From positions 1 to 36,933 of the IMG/VR virus record IMGVR_UViG_3300030376_002653: a DNA stretch of 36,933 nt. The stretch is one strand, 5' to 3'. Under the pieces are notes generated by a model that saw only the letters and a list, made by a program, of their open reading frames with translations, searched no databases and had not been told where the DNA came from. Source of the DNA: a virus (taxonomy: Duplodnaviria > Caudoviricetes). The position numbers and the translations under genes are program-made. Shown in pieces: positions 28,157 through 34,536 of this stretch (position 1 is the stretch's first letter; each line of letters starts with the position of its first letter).

Positions 28157-28468
28157 ATGGCAGTTGAATATGAAAGTCTATTTCCCAACGATATTCTAAA
28201 AGACGAGGTAGACGCAATTTATGATAAGTTGAAGAAAATAAACGAAGAAACAGGTAAGAACCACCCTGTGTTTCAGAATGGAAACGTAGAAAGAGACGGC
28301 AAAGCTTATAGCGTAAGCCTGTGGTTTAATGAAAAAGAAGGCAAAAGGTTTTTAACTTACAAAAGAGAGCCAAAAGAAGCAAATACTAATTACAAACCAA
28401 AGAATAAAAGCTACCAAAAGCCAAATGAGTCTAAAAGTGGCGTAAAACCTTTTTGGGAGGAAGATTAA
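28157..28468 (+). CDS. Putative ssDNA-binding protein
   Basis: YSVSLWFNEKEGKRFLT and acidic PFWEED tail; follows SSAP and exonuclease. Confidence 0.55.
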   Translation: MAVEYESLFPNDILKDEVDAIYDKLKKINEETGKNHPVFQNGNVERDGKAYSVSLWFNEKEGKRFLTYKREPKEANTNYKPKNKSYQKPNESKSGVKPFWEED

Positions 28469-28723
28469 ATGTCTGTTGTAACCGACTACACCATTACGCA
28501 AGACCTAGAAAAGAGTCTTAAAGAATTGTTAGAAATAGTATATGAAAAGCTACCTGATGAGCATAAAGACACTAAATTACAGTTAGGAGCAAGGTGTGAG
28601 TTGTCATACAGGCAAGGACAAAGAGATGCATTGTTAAAAGCATTATGTGTATTGCAAAGCAAGGACGAACAAATCATGGGGTTATATGATGAAATGGCGA
28701 AACAAGTAAACGGAGAAAAATAA
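28469..28723 (+). CDS. Hypothetical protein
   Basis: GGAGG RBS; abuts both neighbours. Confidence 0.7.
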   Translation: MSVVTDYTITQDLEKSLKELLEIVYEKLPDEHKDTKLQLGARCELSYRQGQRDALLKALCVLQSKDEQIMGLYDEMAKQVNGEK

Positions 28724-29023
28724 ATGAGTTACCATAAACAATACTACAAAGACCACCCTGAGTTAAAAGAAAAACAAAAACTTAGATATGCAAGTCTAAC
28801 AGGACAAGAGAAGAGAGATTTTTTAAACAAACAGAAAGAAAAAAGAGCAAAAGAAACTTCTGAACAAAGAGAAACAAGATTAGCCTCACAAAGAATGAGA
28901 TACCAAAAAAACAGAGAAGACAGATTGATGTACCAAAAAAAGTACAACCAAAACAAGAACGAAAAAATTAAAAGCTTGGAAAAAGAAGTTAAAGAGTTAA
29001 AGAGTTCAATGTCCAAAAGTTAA
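28724..29023 (+). CDS. Basic coiled-coil hypothetical protein
   Basis: K/R/E/Y-rich; GGAG RBS. Confidence 0.7.
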   Translation: MSYHKQYYKDHPELKEKQKLRYASLTGQEKRDFLNKQKEKRAKETSEQRETRLASQRMRYQKNREDRLMYQKKYNQNKNEKIKSLEKEVKELKSSMSKS

Positions 29024-29050
29024 CATTGATGTATTTAAATCATATTAAAC

Positions 29051-29079
29051 TTGATTTTATTAAACAAATTGTTTATATT
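29051..29079 (+). promoter_or_regulatory. Sigma70-type promoter
   Basis: TTGATT-17-TATATT. Confidence 0.7.
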
Positions 29080-29085
29080 GATTAT

Positions 29086-29320
29086 AACAGGTTTATTAAT
29101 GGCTAATTTTCCTGTTGAGATAGAACTGTTAGGTGGAACGAAGCCCTAGCACTTCTTATAAGGTAGATAGTGTTGGTGGCATACTAGTATGCCGAGAGGG
29201 AATGTAAAAGCAGAACTGTTATGAGGTGTTAGATTGCCCGATTAACATAGATTAGTAGAACTAGTGGCTGTACAGAGAAAACTACTAATTGATGAACCAC
29301 TTTTCCCCTATCTACCACTA
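29086..29320 (+). ncRNA. Candidate structured RNA / long structured leader (RNA-1)
   Basis: Starts right after the promoter; several nested stems (see findings); no convincing ORF. Confidence 0.55.
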
Positions 29321-29334
29321 AAAAAGGAGGAGAT

Positions 29335-29490
29335 ATGAACAGAAACGAGTATTTGAAAGAAAGGCACGACAAAGCCAAAAATTCAAAAGGTAAAAGAAGA
29401 AAGTATGGAAGAATTAAACAATGTTTATCTAGGAAGAACAAAGGTGGTGGTGTGGTTTTAAACTTACTACGAGAGATTGAGGATAAATAA
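29335..29490 (+). CDS. Small basic protein, 51 aa
   Basis: AGGAGG RBS; MNRNEYLKERHDKAKNSKGKRRKYGRIK... Confidence 0.7.
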   Translation: MNRNEYLKERHDKAKNSKGKRRKYGRIKQCLSRKNKGGGVVLNLLREIEDK

Positions 29491-29491
29491 A

Positions 29492-29869
29492 ATGATTTCA
29501 ATGAGTACAACAATATATTTAACTAATGATTTCGCTGAGTGGATATTAGACGACTATTCGAAAGAAGAGATATTAGACGCTTGTATGGACGGAAAATATA
29601 GTCCGAGAGACTATGCTTTAGATTGTCAAGGTGATTGGATTCCGACTCAATATATAGATAATTGGGACGAAATAAGGTCTGTTCTTAATAAGATAGACGT
29701 TAAGTCTTTTATAAAGAAATATAAAAACTCTAAACTTTCTTATCGTTGGTGGGACAAGATAAAAGAGGGACAGTTAATCGGAGACTTTATGGACGAAGAT
29801 GGGGAGTTTCAAAACTGGCACGAAATTGGTGGGTTTAAATTTACAACAAAATACAAAAAGGACAAGTGA
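29492..29869 (+). CDS. Hypothetical protein
   Basis: ATG 29492 after GAGGA; in frame with listed ORF 29477. Confidence 0.7.
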   Translation: MISMSTTIYLTNDFAEWILDDYSKEEILDACMDGKYSPRDYALDCQGDWIPTQYIDNWDEIRSVLNKIDVKSFIKKYKNSKLSYRWWDKIKEGQLIGDFMDEDGEFQNWHEIGGFKFTTKYKKDK

Positions 29870-30025
29870 ATGAGTATAAATATTGACAAAAAAGAAGCAG
29901 TTTTTATTTCAAGCTGTTTGCAATTTGTAAGCAAACACAGAGAGATGTTTAATAATTGGAATGTTGATAAGTCAGTAATGGCGTATCACTTATACAAAAA
30001 GCTACAAAAAAGGATAACTAAATGA
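29870..30025 (+). CDS. Hypothetical protein, 51 aa
   Basis: MSINIDKKEAVFISSCLQF...; ATGA-coupled to 30022. Confidence 0.6.
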   Translation: MSINIDKKEAVFISSCLQFVSKHREMFNNWNVDKSVMAYHLYKKLQKRITK

Positions 30026-30348
30026 GTAAAGGTAGCAGACAAAGACCAATATCCAACAAAAAAAGTTTTAATGAAGGTTGGGACAGAATTTTTAACAAAG
30101 GAGAAAAAATGAACGAGCAAAACACAAACAAGCCAAATCAAAAAAAATACTATAAAGTAACTAGAATCTCAGACGTAACAGCTACTGATGAATATATAGT
30201 CAAGGCAGAAGATGAGGAAACTGCCGAATACATAGCCGAAAGCCAAAATGCTAATCCAAAATATTTTTGCGTACAAACGAAAGACGAAGACATAGAATAC
30301 AATGGAGATTCAGATTGGGCAGTACAAGAAATAAAAGAACCTGTTTAA
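30022..30348 (+). CDS. Hypothetical protein (internal start at 30109 likely)
   Basis: MSKGSRQRP...WDRIF N-peptide; second RBS AAGGAGA before ATG 30109. Confidence 0.7.
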   Translation: MSKGSRQRPISNKKSFNEGWDRIFNKGEKMNEQNTNKPNQKKYYKVTRISDVTATDEYIVKAEDEETAEYIAESQNANPKYFCVQTKDEDIEYNGDSDWAVQEIKEPV

Positions 30349-30389
30349 AATATGCAATGTTAACAAATACGTGTTAAAGCATAAAAAAG

Positions 30390-30418
30390 TTGACGTTATT
30401 ATATAATATTGTTACAAT
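30390..30418 (+). promoter_or_regulatory. Near-consensus sigma70-type promoter
   Basis: TTGACG-17-TACAAT with TGn extension. Confidence 0.75.
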
Positions 30419-30446
30419 AAAGTATGAAACATAGAGGAGTACAATT

Positions 30447-30701
30447 ATGAAGAACAATACACTATTTGGCTGGAACGTAGATAAGCCAAAATCAAAAATA
30501 GAAATGGTTTTAAAACATCTAATCAAAAGAGGAAACATAACGTCATGGGAGGCTATCACCAAGTACAAAGCCACAAGATTATCAGGAATCATATACAATC
30601 TAAGAGTTCACTTTGAGATAGAAACTGTAACTGAAAGAGACACCGAAGACGGAAGAAACAGTTACGCCATTTATAATTACGTGGGCAAAAAGAAAGTATG
30701 A
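30447..30701 (+). CDS. Winged HTH DNA-binding protein
   Basis: VLKHLIKRGNITSWEAITKYKATRLSGIIYNLR. Confidence 0.75.
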   Translation: MKNNTLFGWNVDKPKSKIEMVLKHLIKRGNITSWEAITKYKATRLSGIIYNLRVHFEIETVTERDTEDGRNSYAIYNYVGKKKV

Positions 30702-30940
30702 AGGTAATGTACAAAATGGTGGTTATAAAGCCACACCAAATCAGAGGCATCACGACTGAAAATATAAATCGTCTGTTGCCTCATGGGGTTCAGTTTTTGC
30801 CAAATTGTGCCGTTCTATTGGACGACAAGGGCAATGCCTCAGTCGTTTCAGAAGAAGGTTTCAGACACTTAGATAATTTAGAACATAGGGTAAATGACTC
30901 TCTATACCACTTATCTCAATTCTTAGATGTTAACAAATAG
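30698..30940 (+). CDS. Hypothetical protein
   Basis: ATGA-coupled to the HTH gene. Confidence 0.65.
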   Translation: MKVMYKMVVIKPHQIRGITTENINRLLPHGVQFLPNCAVLLDDKGNASVVSEEGFRHLDNLEHRVNDSLYHLSQFLDVNK

Positions 30941-31074
30941 ATTTATACACCAACCAATATACAATCCTGTTAGAACTTTCATGCCCTCTGATTCATACAA
31001 TCTTGTTTGAACTTTACTAAAACAAATACCTATTTTGTTAACATTTTATTATTGAATGATGTAGATTTTATGTG

Positions 31075-31358
31075 AAAAAAAAGTGCCTTAGACTTTTTGT
31101 TTGTAGAAATTGAGTAAAACTCTATCCACCTATAACCTGTCTAAGACACTTTAGCCGACTTCTACTTGTGGAGAGCAATAGATATTCGCACAGTAGCCCA
31201 GTCTAGTCTCTTCACCCTTTGATTATCCGTCCACATTATTATGTGCCGTTTTCTTCTACACCAAGTATATGTTTCGAACCATATAAATGACACCAAAGAG
31301 CGTATCACTTTTAAGCTTTCGAGGTACAACCTTGCGAGTTATACCGAGTTTCGAGCAT
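31075..31358 (-). ncRNA. Candidate standalone structured RNA (RNA-2)
   Basis: Minus-strand G.U-compatible stems, C-GCAA-G tetraloop, terminal 14-bp stem plus U-tract, upstream TTGCAT promoter-like element. Confidence 0.55.
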
Positions 31359-31451
31359 GATTATATTATTACACAGAAATAATAATAATGCAAACATTTA
31401 TTTTATTTAATTCATTTCAATTTAGATTTGTTAACATACAAAAATTAAGAC

Positions 31452-31480
31452 AAAAAAAAAGAGCCGTATTTCTACGGCTC
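31452..31480 (-). terminator. Rho-independent terminator
   Basis: GAGCCGTA-GAAA-TACGGCTC followed by T9 on the minus strand. Confidence 0.9.
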
Positions 31481-31486
31481 AATGTT

Positions 31487-31801
31487 TTATATCCATTCTT
31501 GCTTTACTGCATATCCATCATCAAACAAGAATCTTGAAAGCGTATAAATCAAGTGGAAACCCATATCCATTCCACAACCACCGACTTTTACGCCTCCTCC
31601 AGTCTTGTTTTTTCCTTCTTTCCAATCTAGAGCAACAGAAACAAACCTTGTTAAATTAATAGGCTTGTTGTCATCAATTGCTATAACGCTGATGTGTCGC
31701 ATCATTCCAGACTGAGAAACATGATTCAAGGTTGTAAACAATGAATCTCCTTCTTTTACGTAATTTTTCAAGACTTCTATAGCTTTATCTTTACTAATCA
31801 T
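31487..31801 (-). CDS. Conserved phage hypothetical protein (HVSQSGMMRHI...GCGMDMGFHL)
   Basis: AGGAG RBS; recognisable conserved motifs; function unknown. Confidence 0.8.
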   Translation of the reverse strand: MISKDKAIEVLKNYVKEGDSLFTTLNHVSQSGMMRHISVIAIDDNKPINLTRFVSVALDWKEGKNKTGGGVKVGGCGMDMGFHLIYTLSRFLFDDGYAVKQEWI

Positions 31802-31816
31802 TTTTTAAACTCCTAT

Positions 31817-31993
31817 TTAATAAATTAAAATATCTAATGCTATTAACATGAATGGAAAAAAACACACACATGCGACAGCAAAATACCACTTATAGCTTGT
31901 TACATCGTTCTTAAAAAGCTCATAAAGAGCGAAATAACAAGCACTAGCACAAATTAAGAAAAGAAATAAATACAGATTTATAATTAAATCCAT
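31817..31993 (-). CDS. Small two-TM membrane protein, 58 aa
   Basis: Hand-translated MDLIINLYLFLFLICASACYFALYELFKNDVTSYKWYFAVACVCFFPFMLIALDILIY; GAGG RBS. Confidence 0.6.
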   Translation of the reverse strand: MDLIINLYLFLFLICASACYFALYELFKNDVTSYKWYFAVACVCFFPFMLIALDILIY

Positions 31994-31995
31994 GC

Positions 31996-32160
31996 CTAAA
32001 ACCTCAATAATTCATAGTTGACAAATGCAAGATTGACAGAATCAATTCTGTATTTATCAACATTAAAATCATAAGTGTGTGAAGGATTATTTCTTAATTC
32101 ACTCTCTAGATAGCTTTTAATTTTTAATAAAAGTTTTTTATCAAATTTCAAAATTTCCAT
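31996..32160 (-). CDS. Hypothetical protein, 54 aa
   Basis: AGGA RBS; MEILKFDKKLLLKIKSYLESELRNNP... Confidence 0.55.
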   Translation of the reverse strand: MEILKFDKKLLLKIKSYLESELRNNPSHTYDFNVDKYRIDSVNLAFVNYELLRF

Positions 32161-32270
32161 AATAAAATTTCCTATGTAGTTAATTAATTAAGCTGAATTC
32201 ATTTACTATCGGTTGCTCTCCTTGAGTCTAAATCCATGCCTTATTTGTATAAGTGCATTTGCTTATAATA

Positions 32271-32299
32271 ATTATAATATTGATGTTATTTAAAAACAA
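32271..32299 (-). promoter_or_regulatory. Sigma70-type leftward promoter
   Basis: TTGTTT-17-TATAAT on the minus strand. Confidence 0.6.
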
Positions 32300-32391
32300 C
32301 ACATAAAACGCTATAAAATAAAATAAATTTATAAATGTTAACAATCATTATTTTAAAACATACATACAAATATGATTTAATAATGAATAGA

Positions 32392-32427
32392 TTTAAATTA
32401 TTTAATGTTAACATTTGAGATTTTAAA
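32392..32427. promoter_or_regulatory. Fully symmetric copy of the repeated motif TTTAAA-N8-TGTTAACA-N8-TTTAAA
   Basis: Best example of 14 copies (listed in findings). Confidence 0.75.
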
Positions 32428-32785
32428 ACATTGTTAAAGTCAATATTAAATAGTGCAAAATATTAAATTTTTATATTGACATTTTGAATTATTTAATTTT
32501 GTAAAATTCTGTAAGTCTTTGATTTTACGTTGCTCTTTAAAGGGTATTATTTGGCGTTTTTTAAACATTTAGATATGATACTATCACAATTTAAAAAACA
32601 TCAAAATAAGGTATTTAAGCTCAAAATATAACGTGTCAAGTGATTTGTGTAATAATTTCAATTTTGATACTTATATATACATATATATAGTATGATTTAA
32701 ATATTGATATGTTAACAAAAAAGCTTTTTAAATAACTTAAAATTTGATACAATTAAGCATGAAACATAAAAAAGGAGATATTAAA

Positions 32786-33958
32786 ATGGAAAAAAATATA
32801 TTAATAGAAAGAAAGAAAAAGCACGTTTCACGTGAAACATTTGCAAAATATAACAGCTTTAACAATGTAATGGGCAATAGCTGGAAATCATATAACGTTA
32901 TTGATTCATTAATTATTGAAGATAAAAACACGAAAAAAACTTTTAATAAATTCTATGCAACGTGCATTAGTAAAGCATTAAAAGACAATTTAACATCTAT
33001 TAGAGAGAGCAAGGAGTCTAATAAAAATAAAGTAGAATCAGATATCAAAAGATTATTTGATAATGCGATACTACAAGACTTCTTTAAATCTGTAGAAGTT
33101 AACAATGATGAAGAAGTTATACATTTTTTAAATAATGTTCCACGTGAAAAATGCTACAGAGTAGAACCTCATTATTTATTAGATAAGCATTTATCAAAAC
33201 AATGGGACTTATATAAAAACATGAATTATTTTGATAAGGATATTATTAAAAAACAAAAAATAGCTATTAAGAAATATAATGACGCTCCAGTACGTGAGAA
33301 AGTACTCAGAGATATAGTTACAAAATTAGTGCCTATATTCTCAGAGCGTGGTTATCATTTAGACTTATCAAAAGTAGATGTATCTTTTAACATTGAGATG
33401 TCAGGGAAAGTTTTAGGTCGTTGCTATCACGAATCATCAGATAAAGGAAATGATACTATTGCAAAAAATAAGCTTAGACAAATTGCAATACGTGGCAAAG
33501 TCTCCAAAACTATAGACGATGAAGGAAAAGAAACAATAACTTATAATCCGAATAATATAAGAGATGTGTTGCAAGTATTGGTTCATGAGCTAGTACACGC
33601 TTATCACGGAACAGAAGAAGGACACGGAACAAAGTTTAAAAACACGTGTAAAGATGTAGGATTGACTGGAAGTGGCAAAGACAATGCAAAATTTACAGCA
33701 ACAATTCCAGCTCCTGAATTTGATTCAATGTACAAGGACATATTAAAAATCAAATTGCCTAGTACAGAATTTCATTATGATAGTAAGGGACAATCTAAAA
33801 ATCAAAAATATAGATGCCCAATATGTAAAATGAGATGTACTGTAACTAATAGAAGTGCGAAACATTCAGAAACAAAAATGTTTTGTAATCATGAAGGAAC
33901 AGAATACGAAGGACACGACATAACACAAATGGAGCAATACGAAACAAAGAAAAAATAA
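32786..33958 (+). CDS. SprT-like zinc metalloprotease domain protein with C-terminal Zn ribbon, 390 aa
   Basis: AAGGAG RBS then ATG 32786; LGRCY, VLVHELVHAYHG..GHGTKFK..C..VGL, CPIC...CNH. Confidence 0.8.
   Translation: MEKNILIERKKKHVSRETFAKYNSFNNVMGNSWKSYNVIDSLIIEDKNTKKTFNKFYATCISKALKDNLTSIRESKESNKNKVESDIKRLFDNAILQDFFKSVEVNNDEEVIHFLNNVPREKCYRVEPHYLLDKHLSKQWDLYKNMNYFDKDIIKKQKIAIKKYNDAPVREKVLRDIVTKLVPIFSERGYHLDLSKVDVSFNIEMSGKVLGRCYHESSDKGNDTIAKNKLRQIAIRGKVSKTIDDEGKETITYNPNNIRDVLQVLVHELVHAYHGTEEGHGTKFKNTCKDVGLTGSGKDNAKFTATIPAPEFDSMYKDILKIKLPSTEFHYDSKGQSKNQKYRCPICKMRCTVTNRSAKHSETKMFCNHEGTEYEGHDITQMEQYETKKK
32824..32839. promoter_or_regulatory. parS: parS-like site 1 (CGTTTCACGTGAAACA)
   Basis: 15/16 match to the consensus TGTTTCACGTGAAACA; encodes the HVSRET peptide. 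Confidence 0.75.
33136..33151. promoter_or_regulatory. parS: parS-like site 2 (TGTTCCACGTGAAAAA)
   Basis: 15/16 match to the common variant TGTTCCACGTGAAACA; encodes NVPREK. Confidence 0.65.
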
Positions 33959-33980
33959 ATAAACTTACACACATAAAGAG

Positions 33981-34010
33981 AAGAGTCATATAAACGTGGC
34001 TCTTTTTTTT
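33981..34010 (+). terminator. Rho-independent terminator after the SprT-like gene
   Basis: AAGAGTCAT-ATAAAC-GTGGCTCTT followed by a T-run. Confidence 0.8.
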
Positions 34011-34435
34011 ATTTCAATTCTTTGATGTTAACATTAAATAATATAAAACTTTTAACAAGGTTTTGATTATAGACCTATAATAAAAAAACAAAGTCGGCAA
34101 AGGGTACTAATGCCTTATCCTTACTAGCCTATATATACTGAAAGCCTTTTATTATGGTTATATTTATTGTTAACATTTATTTGTTTAAATCATTTAATAA
34201 AGGTGGTACGCCACTCACTCACACGTAATAAATAAATTTAATGCCCATGAATAATTATTAAATAAAATAAATAAATAAAAAATAATTATTGATTCCAAAA
34301 TAATTCTCAACCGATTGCAAAATATTCTCAGACACCCACAACCCCCCATACACAAAAACAAATACAGGGTCGTCTCATTCACGCTATGGAGGGATAAATG
34401 AAGTCCATTAGCAACGTCTAATATACAAATAAATA

Positions 34436-34464
34436 TTGCAATAATTTAAATTTTTAATTATAGT
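34436..34464 (+). promoter_or_regulatory. Putative late-operon promoter
   Basis: TTGCAA-17-TATAGT, 72 nt upstream of terL. Confidence 0.7.
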
Positions 34465-34536
34465 TAGGAGTGGATAATTACGCATTATTCATTTGACCCC
34501 AAAGTAGGGTTATCTCGGTAGCCCTACATTAAAACT

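Noticed and set aside
29229-29513. Minus-strand 94-aa ORF over RNA-1
   Set aside because: Antisense to a + strand promoter and the RBS-led ORF 29335-29490; composition looks like a shadow ORF.
29086-31358. tRNA or tmRNA identity for the structured regions
   Set aside because: No cloverleaf with properly placed T-loop and acceptor stem was found; the GGTTCGAAA in RNA-2 lacks the surrounding tRNA architecture.
33643-33648. Third CACGTG in the SprT-like gene
   Set aside because: The flanks do not match the parS arms.
25519-34189. TTAA...TTAAC repeats read as CtrA boxes, dif sites or a CRISPR array
   Set aside because: TTAA-to-TTAAC spacing is 11 nt, not the 7 of CtrA; there is no XerC/XerD arm arrangement; the copies are dispersed and irregular with no spacers or cas genes.
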